This document shows positions 44,347 through 53,186 of a stretch of 64,000 nucleotides of DNA, piece after piece. Under the pieces are notes generated by a model that worked only from the letters and a program-made list of their open reading frames with translations, was not told the origin of the DNA and did not search any database. The DNA is from Nitrospirota bacterium (GTDB taxonomy: Bacteria > Nitrospirota > UBA9217). Numbering within the stretch: the stretch's first letter is position 1; each line of letters begins with the position of its first letter. The stretch spans positions 1,120,001 through 1,184,000 of the forward strand of contig CAVTRN010000002.1 in assembly GCA_963737155.1 (NCBI GenBank), read 5' to 3'. A program made the position numbers and the translations under genes.

Positions 44347-46230
44347 GATGGATTCGTAAGAAGTAAATTATCGTATTGCGGCTTATCACGCCGCAAGCCG
44401 GATATCCAGCCGTTGGAAATAACCCCAACGCCTGATTGTATCTGAAACAAGCTGTAAACGTTCTTTGACAGCACAAGATAGAATCGAAAGGGCGGCTCTA
44501 GGCACTGGTTCCCCTTCGATTTCTCGCTTGCGGAACGCCGCCGCCCGGATAATGTTGATTCCCGCCGCCTTCAGGTACGCGGCGAAGCTCACTGCGGACA
44601 ATCCTCGGACGCGGAGGTTCTTGACCCCGGTCAATCGGTCAAGCTGAGACATGGTTCCTTCGACCCCTGCCCGGAAGCGGTACCTATCCCGGAACTCGGG
44701 AGTGTCTTCCTGAGCCCGCCGCTGTGCCAGCCGGATTGCTTTATCGTCGTACCGAAGATAGCGACCTTTTTTACCGGGCATTGTCGGACACGTTTTCTTC
44801 CGGGAACAACTGCGGCACGTTTTCTTTGAGAAGAGCGCAGTGTGGTTGTTGTCTTTGCTCCGGGTTTTCTCCGGAGCGCATCCCTCGGGGCAGAAAGTGA
44901 TTTCGTTTTCGCTGTTCATGGTGAATGCCGTGAGCGGCACGCTGTTTTCGTCAAGTTTGCCCATAACCGGAGAAACGACCTCGATTCCCAAGGTCTTTGC
45001 CTTCTCGCAGTTTTCATCGCTACCGTAGAGTGAGTCGGCAGCAATTTCTTCAGGCTTCAGCCCAAGCTCCGTGGTGGATTCGATGAGCGGGACCAGGGCA
45101 TGGGCATCGCTCTTGTGGGCAGGTTCTACGATCACGCTGGTGATCAAGTTCAGGGTGTTGGTATCCTCGGAAGTACTGTAGCTTTCGGCAACCTGCACCT
45201 GGTAGCCCTTGCCTTTATGACCGTCATACCCGGCGTCGGGGTCGGAAGGGTTTTGCAGGGAATCGGAAGGAACGTCCTTGTTGGCTTTGACCGAGACCTG
45301 GGTTGTATGCGTATCAACGCGCTCCACGATGCATTGCTCTTTAAGCAGCCGGGCAAGGAGCTGATAGGTATTCATGGTGGTAACGGGCTCATTTCCCGCG
45401 AACTGCTCCACCAGACTGAACACGTCGTTGGCCAGCGTTGCGAGCGTATTTATCGATTCCGAGGGTTTCACCATGGAGAAAACGGCCTCACCCTGTTTGG
45501 TCATGTACCGGTCGGTGATAGTTGTCTCTAATGATTCGTAGAGGTCTTTATGGTGGCGCTTGAGGTTCACCAGGAACTTCTTGATGGTCTTTACGAACAA
45601 GCCGAGCCGGCCCAGGTGTCGCATATTGGAGAAGATATGGACCGAGTCGAAACGCTGCTTGGCGACATCGACTTTGAACACCTCGGCAAGCTTCGTCGCG
45701 ACTTCTTCAAAAATAGCCTGGTAGAGGTTCCGTTCGATCAGAAGATCGCGCATGTTCCAGAGGGTCTTGGGGCTGACATAAGCGGCGGCATCGTCCGTCC
45801 TGGTGATATTCAGGGCGTATTGCCATTGGAGATTGTAGGCAAACTGGTCCACGGCTTCCTCGTCGGTCAGGTTGTGCATCTGTTGGATGACCATGAGACC
45901 GATCATGGCATAGAGTTCCTTGGTCGGTGCTCCGAAAACCGGATCGTATTTGGAAAAGATCTTCTCTACCGGCAACGTGGGAAGAATGTGCTCTCGAAAA
46001 ACCTTTGCCCAGGACTCCTCGATGCGCTGTTTGCGTTTGGGTCCCAGAAAAGGAAAGGGGTCGAACATGTCGGGGGTTTTGTGATCCTTGATGTGGATCA
46101 TTCTGGCTCCTTGATTGCGAATTGTGATGCTATTGTGTATCACAAAACCCCTTGTGCTGCAATGGTTATATGATGTTTCACATGACTTATTTTAGCTGAA
46201 TCACGACTATCGACTTATTACGAGACCATC
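44347..46230 (-). mobile_element. Complete DDE insertion sequence (IS1182-like or ISNCY ISDol1-like)
   Basis: Imperfect IRs gatggattcgtaagaagt / acttattacgagaccatc; 6-bp TSD ATAATT at 44341-44346 and 46231-46236. Confidence 0.9.
44386..46101 (-). CDS. DDE transposase
   Basis: RFDSVH, SLQNPSDPDAGY, GKGYQVQ, ADSLYGS, YRFRAGVEGT; RBS aaggag before MIHIKD. Confidence 0.92.
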   Translation of the reverse strand: MIHIKDHKTPDMFDPFPFLGPKRKQRIEESWAKVFREHILPTLPVEKIFSKYDPVFGAPTKELYAMIGLMVIQQMHNLTDEEAVDQFAYNLQWQYALNITRTDDAAAYVSPKTLWNMRDLLIERNLYQAIFEEVATKLAEVFKVDVAKQRFDSVHIFSNMRHLGRLGLFVKTIKKFLVNLKRHHKDLYESLETTITDRYMTKQGEAVFSMVKPSESINTLATLANDVFSLVEQFAGNEPVTTMNTYQLLARLLKEQCIVERVDTHTTQVSVKANKDVPSDSLQNPSDPDAGYDGHKGKGYQVQVAESYSTSEDTNTLNLITSVIVEPAHKSDAHALVPLIESTTELGLKPEEIAADSLYGSDENCEKAKTLGIEVVSPVMGKLDENSVPLTAFTMNSENEITFCPEGCAPEKTRSKDNNHTALFSKKTCRSCSRKKTCPTMPGKKGRYLRYDDKAIRLAQRRAQEDTPEFRDRYRFRAGVEGTMSQLDRLTGVKNLRVRGLSAVSFAAYLKAAGINIIRAAAFRKREIEGEPVPRAALSILSCAVKERLQLVSDTIRRWGYFQRLDIRLAA

Positions 46231-46394
46231 ATAATTCCCCGTATGCATATACTGCAAGCAAAATCATAAGGCATTATTCCGCACTGATTGAGTTTTTCAA
46301 CGTTGTATCGGAATCGCTGTGAGCATCGATTGTCCGTTGACAGCTTGTTTTGCTTCTGATAGGCTCAGGCAGGAAACATTCTTTCGCCTTCGTA

Positions 46395-47156
46395 ATGATT
46401 GACAAAGAAAAAAATAGAAGGAAGAAGATTCGTATTGACCGACTCCTCTTAGAACGGGCGCTGGCCGGAAGCAGAGAACGCGCACAGGCCATGATCTTTG
46501 CTGGCCAGATCCTTGTAAATGACCGGAAAGTTTCCAAGGCAGGAACGCTCGTTCCAGAAGATGCCGATATCCGGATCCTGGGCGAGATGTCGCGGTACGT
46601 GGGTAGGGGCGGGTTGAAACTGGAGCATGCACTCTCCGAATTTCATATTGATATTGAAGGCAAAACTGCGATTGACATTGGCGCGTCTACCGGCGGTTTC
46701 ACTGACTGCCTGCTGCAGCATGGATGTAAAAAAGTATACGCGGTTGACGTGGGTTACGGACAACTGGCCTGGAAACTGAGACAGGATAAGCGCGTTGTCG
46801 TTATTGAGCGGACCAACATCCGGGGCATGGATGCATCTCTCATTCCTGAAACGGTTGAGCTTGCGGTTATCGATGTATCATTTATCTCGCTCGAGAAAGT
46901 TATCCCCTCGATCCTGAAATATCTCAAGCCGGTTTCGGGGCTCATCGCCCTCATTAAGCCGCAGTTTGAAGTGGGAAAAGACCAGGTGGGGAAAGGCGGT
47001 ATCGTTCGGGATGAAGCGGCTAGAGCAGATACAGTAGCCAGAATCACCGAATTTGTGCGGAGTCTCAGTTTTGAAGTGCGAGGTGTCATCCCATCGCCGA
47101 TCACAGGGCATGATGGGAATGTGGAATTTCTGCTTTATGCGACCACCGGCGGATAG
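46395..47156 (+). CDS. tlyA: TlyA-family RNA methyltransferase
   Basis: S4 domain RIDRLL, YVGRGGLKL, DIGASTGGFTD, DVSFISL, KPQFE, GNVEF. Confidence 0.96.
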   Translation: MIDKEKNRRKKIRIDRLLLERALAGSRERAQAMIFAGQILVNDRKVSKAGTLVPEDADIRILGEMSRYVGRGGLKLEHALSEFHIDIEGKTAIDIGASTGGFTDCLLQHGCKKVYAVDVGYGQLAWKLRQDKRVVVIERTNIRGMDASLIPETVELAVIDVSFISLEKVIPSILKYLKPVSGLIALIKPQFEVGKDQVGKGGIVRDEAARADTVARITEFVRSLSFEVRGVIPSPITGHDGNVEFLLYATTGG

Positions 47157-47483
47157 CTATCTTTAATGGTTTTGCGTCCAGTCTGAACATCATGGGTAAT
47201 TCCGAAATATTCCAGATATTGTCATTTAAGACCTTTTCGATCGAGATCGAATCGATCGAGAGGGAACTGGCGGAAATGGGCTGCACGCTGGATGCCGCTA
47301 TATCAATGGCCGTAATGCCCTAGTTCCTCAACATGGTTCTTGGTGTGTTGTCGCAGACCATTGATTCGCTCAGACTTCACTACGTCGAGTTTTGCAGCAA
47401 TTTGGTGAAAAGTGGCGGGTGAAAAATTCGGGCCGCGCGGAAAATAGTTGGTATAATTTATATCGTGCGCAGGGGTTGGTGTT

Positions 47484-48275
47484 TTAAGAGGCAGTTAATC
47501 TCTTGGCAAACTCTTCGCCCAGCACGACAATTGATTCAATGTCCAGGAACTTGTCTACATGGTAGTCCAGGAGTAGTTTGACCTGCGCCGGGAAGTTCTC
47601 TTCCGGTGCCGCATCGTAGAACAGCAGTAAGACAGGATAGTGTGGGAAGAAACGAAATCTAAATGCCGCGTCGTGATTACCCTTCATTCCCGTTTCGACC
47701 CCGCCAAGCCTCTCGCAGGCCGACTTGAGGCCTTTCAAATTCCCCGCAAAAAATTTTGCGATCACTTCTTCCACATGGCTCGCCCATGCCTTGTCTTTCG
47801 CATGCGACGCCGGAACCGAAGCGAAGGTTAGCCACTCACCGGAAGGCGCTGGAGGGGCATTCATACAGAGATGGTTATAGATCAGGATCGATATAAAAGG
47901 CTCCGGCTCCGCGCCCGTTAGGCCGAGAATGCGCTCTTTTGTGATGGTATAGTCCTCGTTCAGGAACGAGATTTCTAGGCAATCCTTCCCCCGAGGGACC
48001 GCGCCCACAGACTCCGCTACGCGGGCGAAGTCAAGAGCGGCTACCCTTGGCCGGAGCGCAGCGAGCGTCTGCTCGAATACTGTACCGCGCGGGGTGGTTT
48101 GTTTTCGTTCCTCCTCAAGGAGTGCCTCTCGGACTGATGCGGTCATGTTCGGGCAGTCATTTGTTTTCGCCTGGCGCGTTGTCAGCTTGGCAGCAAAGCC
48201 GAAACAACTTGTCATACCGCATTTGCCGCAGTTTGTCCTGGGAAGGTACTTATAGATTTCTACGGCGGTTTTCAT
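47484..48275 (-). CDS. Fe-S domain + DUF3786-like protein
   Basis: IYKYLPRTNCGKCGMTSCFGFA...CP N-terminal Fe-S domain. Confidence 0.8.
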   Translation of the reverse strand: MKTAVEIYKYLPRTNCGKCGMTSCFGFAAKLTTRQAKTNDCPNMTASVREALLEEERKQTTPRGTVFEQTLAALRPRVAALDFARVAESVGAVPRGKDCLEISFLNEDYTITKERILGLTGAEPEPFISILIYNHLCMNAPPAPSGEWLTFASVPASHAKDKAWASHVEEVIAKFFAGNLKGLKSACERLGGVETGMKGNHDAAFRFRFFPHYPVLLLFYDAAPEENFPAQVKLLLDYHVDKFLDIESIVVLGEEFAKRLTAS

Positions 48276-48423
48276 TCGTTTAAACTTAACGCTTTTCCAT
48301 CTGGCTGTCAAATTGTTATATGCCTTAGGCCAGGACATCTCGGCAATACTTGACAACAAATACTCCAATTGTTATTGTATCGAATACACTATCGAGACAG
48401 TCTCAGAGAAGAGAGGAATCTTC

Positions 48424-48837
48424 ATGGAATGGACTGAAAAACTCGCCACGGGCATCTCCACGATAGACAGTCAGCATAAGGAATTGTTTAAACGGATCAA
48501 TAATCTCGTAGTCGCCATTAAACAGCAGCGATGCAGGTCGGAGATAGACGGGATGATTCAATTTCTCGATGATTACGCGCGGGTCCATTTTTCCGAGGAG
48601 GAAAAACATATGCGCGAAACCAACTACCCCGGAATCAAGGAACAACTCGAAAGTCACAAGCAATACCTTGCCGCGCTCGCCGAGCTAAAGAATCAGCCAG
48701 CGTTGCCGCGCATCCAGGGCAGTTCCTATGATTTATCGGCGACAATAAACCAGGTTGTCGTTGACTGGATCGTGGACCACATCATGCGTCTGGATATGAA
48801 ATTCGGCGAGTTCTTAAAACAACGCGGGAAAGGATAA
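48424..48837 (+). CDS. Bacteriohemerythrin
   Basis: W...TG...IDSQHKELF, HFSEEE, H, W...HIMRLD. Confidence 0.92.
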   Translation: MEWTEKLATGISTIDSQHKELFKRINNLVVAIKQQRCRSEIDGMIQFLDDYARVHFSEEEKHMRETNYPGIKEQLESHKQYLAALAELKNQPALPRIQGSSYDLSATINQVVVDWIVDHIMRLDMKFGEFLKQRGKG

Positions 48838-49002
48838 GGATAGCTGAGGCTTGCGTGGCAAAGGATAGAAAAGGTTCGAGCTAAGTGTGCGGCTTGGCAC
48901 CCTTCTGTCCCAGGTCACTATTTTGAAATCTGGACTATTTCTTGTTCACTGAATCGCACACCTTCTTTAGCAGAAGCGTTCGGCGAGCTGGGGTTCTCAG
49001 CT

Positions 49003-50874
49003 GGTCAAGCTTTAATTGTATATTAGCAACTTTTATGATATATTATATTCAATGGAATATATAAATAAAGGCTAAGCATCAGTAAACTAACAACTTGAGG
49101 CCGTAAAAAGTGTCAACTAGGAAAAGCACCAAAAATAAGAATGGTGGTGGAAAAGACACCCTGTCATTCACTGCAAATATGCTTCTGGATGATCACCCCT
49201 ACCCGGAAATAAAGACCTCTCTTTATGCCATCCTCGACGATACGGGCATCTTGTATGGCCGTATAAAGCGGACCCTGTTTAAAGACTGCATTCGCTCCGG
49301 CAAAAAAACAACAGAATTAAAGAACGAATACCTGTCAACTTACAAGATCACCGCACGGCAGTTCAATGCAATCCGCTATGACCTGGACGGGAATATCAAG
49401 GCGGTAACGGAAATCAACAAGCTCAGAATCCTGGATCTTGAAGAGAAAATAATATCGGTAAAAAAGTGGATTGCAAACAATGAGTCAAGAATACTCAAAA
49501 TAACGGATGATGTGAGTATCCCAAGCACTGAAAAAAAGATCCAGGCAAAGGAGCTTCAGTATCGTGTTGATAATAAGAAACGAAAGCTTGCTTCTTTGGA
49601 GCAAAAGCTTTCCAAGCTCAGGGAAGATCAGAAAAACCGGCGGGTAAGGATTTGTTTCGGGTCAAACAAGATATTCAGAAAACAATTTTCCCTGGAGGAA
49701 AACGGGTACAAGAGCCACAATGAATGGCTCCTGGACTGGAAAAGGTCTCGCAATAACACTTTCTTTTGCCTTGGCTCGAAGGACGAATCGGGCGGGAACC
49801 AAACGTGCACCCTGAAGTCCGATGGGACGATGAGATTAAGGGTCCCTGATTGTATGAAGGACAAATACGGGCATTCCATTGTAATTCCCCGCATAAAATA
49901 TCCCTATGGTCAGGAACATATCGAAACGGCCCTTCAGGCCGGAATAGCGATTTCTCACAGGTTTACCAGGGGCGAGAAGGGCTGGTACCTGCACACGACG
50001 GTAGATGTTCCAAAGGCAAAAACAGTTACTTACAAGCCAAAGGAAATCGGGTCTATCGGAGTGGACGTCAATGAAAAAGAAATCGCGGTTAGCGAGACCG
50101 ACCGGTACGGGAATTATGTCAGGAGCATAACATATCCATCCTGCGTTAAGGATTTGCGTACTGAACAGACAGAAGCAATGTATAGCGATATCTGCCAGTC
50201 CATCGTGGACCGGGCAGCCAAGACGGGAAAACCTATATCCCACGAAGAACTCGATTTTAGCAAGAAGAAAGCTTCCTTAAAAGAGCAGGGCGTTACTTAC
50301 GCAAGGATGCTTTCCGGTTTCGCCTACGGAACCTTCCTCACCCTGCTGGATAGAAGGGCGGCAAAACATGGCGTTTCCGTGCTCCCGGTCAACCCTGCTT
50401 TCACCACGACCATAGGGAAATTTAATTACGTGGACCGCTATGGTATTACGTCGCATGAAGCTGCGGCGCTGGCCATCGCGAGACGCTCTCAGCATTTCAG
50501 TGAAAGGCCTGATTCCGCCAGAATCGCGCCTCCCGTACCTGCAAGGAATCGGGGAGCGCATATCTGGAGCATTTGGAGAAGGCTGAAGACGAGACAGGCG
50601 GGCGGTAGCATTAGCCTGACCGGCTCAAGGCGGTCCTTACAGGACTCCTCAGGTTGCGCTGAACCACAAACGAAATTTACATCAACGAAGACAGCGCAAT
50701 CCATGCGGCCACCTCTTGCTACAATAAAGAGTGTGCACCGCCGCATGGGATCCCAATTCAAAAATCACGGGACTTGGGTGAATCAGAGGCATGCGCCCTG
50801 ACGTTAACCGGCAGCAGCACTGTTCGGCTGCCGTCCTAGTATATGGAAATAAAATACTATGGTTCCAGGAACGG
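49003..50874 (+). mobile_element. Non-autonomous IS607-type tnpB element
   Basis: GG at both junctions (ctGGtcaagc ... ggaacGGttgag); vestigial tnpA-like codons 49052-49120; hairpin-rich 3' end; removal restores a small ORF; boundaries are inferred. Confidence 0.65.
49110..50801 (+). CDS. tnpB: TnpB-related RNA-guided nuclease
   Basis: RuvC-I IGVDVN, RuvC-II HEELDF, VNPAFTTTIG, HEAAALAIARR, LGSKDESGGNQ; no Zn ribbon. Confidence 0.9.
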   Translation: MSTRKSTKNKNGGGKDTLSFTANMLLDDHPYPEIKTSLYAILDDTGILYGRIKRTLFKDCIRSGKKTTELKNEYLSTYKITARQFNAIRYDLDGNIKAVTEINKLRILDLEEKIISVKKWIANNESRILKITDDVSIPSTEKKIQAKELQYRVDNKKRKLASLEQKLSKLREDQKNRRVRICFGSNKIFRKQFSLEENGYKSHNEWLLDWKRSRNNTFFCLGSKDESGGNQTCTLKSDGTMRLRVPDCMKDKYGHSIVIPRIKYPYGQEHIETALQAGIAISHRFTRGEKGWYLHTTVDVPKAKTVTYKPKEIGSIGVDVNEKEIAVSETDRYGNYVRSITYPSCVKDLRTEQTEAMYSDICQSIVDRAAKTGKPISHEELDFSKKKASLKEQGVTYARMLSGFAYGTFLTLLDRRAAKHGVSVLPVNPAFTTTIGKFNYVDRYGITSHEAAALAIARRSQHFSERPDSARIAPPVPARNRGAHIWSIWRRLKTRQAGGSISLTGSRRSLQDSSGCAEPQTKFTSTKTAQSMRPPLATIKSVHRRMGSQFKNHGTWVNQRHAP

Positions 50875-51108
50875 TTGAGAATGAAATCCATGACTGTCTC
50901 AATAATTCCTTTCCGTTGGCTCTGATGGTTTTTTGCCCTTTTTTAGGGGATGTATCAGCAATTCCGCAACAAATTAATTTCCTATCGAGAACCTTTTAGA
51001 AAACCAATAGTTATCTCCAAAAACCCACTAGGAGCAAATTCGCATTCAAAATAATGCTTGACTTTTTCCAAAATCTGATATTTAATAGAATATCAGATAG
51101 GAGGGAAT

Positions 51109-51444
51109 ATGAAAAATCGTTCTGCTCTGCCAGAAAAGGAGCGTCGTGCCCGGTCCAAGGCTACCCAACTCATTCATGGCAAGGACCTTATCATCGGGGG
51201 CCTCGTGGAGATGGCGCGAACTTGCGGTAAACCGAACTGTAAATGTACCAAGGGAGTAAAGCACAAATCGTGGTGCGTGTCCTTAAAGCACAAGGGAAAG
51301 CGTAAGATGATCCATATTCCGCATGAGTGCGAGGAAGCGATTTTTCAGGGTGTAAAAGCATATCAGGAGTTATGGGAGCAGATGAGCGTTATCTCGGAAA
51401 CAAGTCTTGAGCGTATCCTCGCATCCCGGAAGGGCAAGGAGTAG
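51109..51444 (+). CDS. DUF6788-like IS accessory protein
   Basis: G.L....RTCGKPNCKC..G..H motif; RBS ggaggg. Confidence 0.8.
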   Translation: MKNRSALPEKERRARSKATQLIHGKDLIIGGLVEMARTCGKPNCKCTKGVKHKSWCVSLKHKGKRKMIHIPHECEEAIFQGVKAYQELWEQMSVISETSLERILASRKGKE

Positions 51445-51447
51445 CGT

Positions 51448-52659
51448 ATTCTACGCAGACTGTGGGACTACGCCGATAAGATCTTTGACTTGAGGACGCG
51501 CATAAAGACCATTTATGATGGCCGTGCCCGCCCCAGGATAAAGACGCCCACCGTGGTTACCAGCGTCCTTACGATGATGCTGGCCCGGATGGGCAGTTTC
51601 AATGCGGTCGAGCAGACAAAGAAGTGTTCTGTCTGGAAGGAGCATGACGCGGTGTTGCCGAGCGCAGATACGATCGGCAATATCGTCGCCCAGATAGATC
51701 TCGCCGCGCTAAGGGCGGAAATAAAACATGTCTACCGTCGTCTCAAGCGAAATAAGTCATTACGGCCACTTTTCCCGAATGGCGGTTTCGCCGTGATCCT
51801 CGACGGACATGAGTCAAGCGCAAGCTTCAAACAATGCTGCTGCGGATGCCTCCACCGGAAGGTCGAGACGTCATCGGGAACGCTTATTCAATTTTACCAT
51901 CGCCATGTTATGGCCGTTCTTTTATGCAAGGGTTTTGTCCTGCTCCTTGACCTGGAGATGCAGCGGCCGGGAGAGGACGAAGTGACGGCCGCCAGCCGGC
52001 TCTTTGAGCGGTTGTGTCGTGAATATCCCCGTGCATTTGATCTGGTTGTCACCGACGGGCTTTATGCACGGGCGCCGTTCTTCAAAATGGTTTCCGCTCA
52101 GGGGAAAGAGGCAATTGCGGTATTGAAAGACGACCGGAGGGATTTGCTCCAGGATGCAATGGCTCTTTTTAAACAGGAAGAACCTGTGGTCTTTCAGAAA
52201 GACCGCCTCACCCGCTCCTGTTGGGATATAGAGGGCTTTACGTCCTGGGTACAACTTGGCAAAGAGGTCCGTGTCGTTCGCTCATTAGAAACAAAAATGG
52301 TACGCCGCCAGATGACCGGTCAGGAAGAACGGAGAGAATCTGAATGGGTGTGGGCCACAACGGTGCCAAAAGCGCATATCGCTACGGAACCCTTTGTGGT
52401 AACCAGCCGCAAGCGGTGGGATATCTAAAACAAGGCATTCAATGAGCTCGTCAACTCCTGGCACGCAGATCATGTGTACAAACATACTCCGACAGCCATC
52501 GAGGCTTGCTGGCTGTTGACCATGTTGGCCTATAACCTGTTTGAGGCGTTCATCAATTTAAACCTGAAGCCCGCACTCCGCGCAGCTCATACAAAAGAGC
52601 ATTTTGCCCGCCTGATTGCCGGTGAAATATACAGCCAATGCGCTGGTCGGTCTCCTTGA
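51448..52659 (+). pseudogene. DDE transposase inactivated by a nonsense mutation
   Basis: ILDGHE, VTDGLY, RWDI*NKAFNEL: TAA at 52426-52428 replaces the expected catalytic E; frame continues to 52659. Confidence 0.88.
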
Positions 52660-52910
52660 TCCTCCTGCCTGTGGCCGTACATGAATACAACCATACCAAT
52701 CTTTGCTTTATCGACTAAGGGCAGCCGACTTGGCATTATGGGCCTATTCACTCTTCCCGCGGAAAATGATGTTTTAGAGCGATCCTCTTCCTAAAAACCA
52801 ACTTAAAATAACGTTTCCGAATATGCTACAAGCAAAAATATAAGGTATTATCCCGTACTGATTGGGTTTATCAACGTTGTTACGGAATCGCTGGGGATGT
52901 ATTTATCAAC

Positions 52911-52939
52911 TTGACAAATGGACAGATGTTCACTATACT
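52911..52939 (+). promoter_or_regulatory. Sigma70 promoter with a candidate LexA box in the spacer
   Basis: TTGACA-17-TATACT; GGACAGATGTTC (52920-52931) is GAAC-N4-GTTC with one mismatch. Confidence 0.75.
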
Positions 52940-52946
52940 GGTCTTC

Positions 52947-53186
52947 ATGACGGTCGAGAGAAACGAACCTATTACCGTTTGCGCCGAATTTTCCGGTGGG
53001 GTCGTCAAGCCGGTCTGGTTCTCCCTGCAAGGTCGGCGGATACGGATTAACGAGGTTGCACTTATCTGGAAGACGCGGGAGGGGAGTACGGTCATTCTCC
53101 ATTTCTCCGTTACCGATGGACAGGGATTGTATGAACTTCGGTACAACTCAGGGACTTTTTCTTGGAGGTTGGCCGCTAGTGCGTAG
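52947..53186 (+). CDS. Small beta-rich protein coupled to dinB (DUF6504-like)
   Basis: P.WF...GRRI....W...HFSV....LYELRY...W pattern; stop overlaps the dinB start. Confidence 0.7.
   Translation: MTVERNEPITVCAEFSGGVVKPVWFSLQGRRIRINEVALIWKTREGSTVILHFSVTDGQGLYELRYNSGTFSWRLAASA

Larger units (their letters stand above)
44142..46319. mobile_element. Probable ~290-bp MITE related to the 50956-52893 IS, split by a nested IS
   Basis: 46237-46319 closely matches the right end 52811-52893; 44142 onward resembles its left end (cggcacttccg vs cagcaattccg; gagcaa..gcttgact); flanked by TGAG/TGAG. Confidence 0.5.
50956..52893 (+). mobile_element. Two-ORF insertion sequence (DUF6788-like + DDE transposase)
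   Basis: 17-bp IRs cagcaattccgcaacaa / ttgttacggaatcgctg (2 mismatches); 9-bp TSD GGGATGTAT at 50947-50955 and 52894-52902. Confidence 0.92.

Noticed and set aside
44154-44474. Minus-strand ORF with FSCGDSKSGVLAKCGES, reminiscent of DUF2845
   Set aside because: It crosses the IS boundary and lies in what looks like MITE DNA; the similarity is short and probably coincidental
47192-47323. 43-codon ORF MGNSEIFQ after tlyA
   Set aside because: No clear RBS or motif; cannot be supported
50560-51100. CRISPR array next to TnpB (Cas12f-like system)
   Set aside because: No regularly spaced direct repeats here or anywhere in the window
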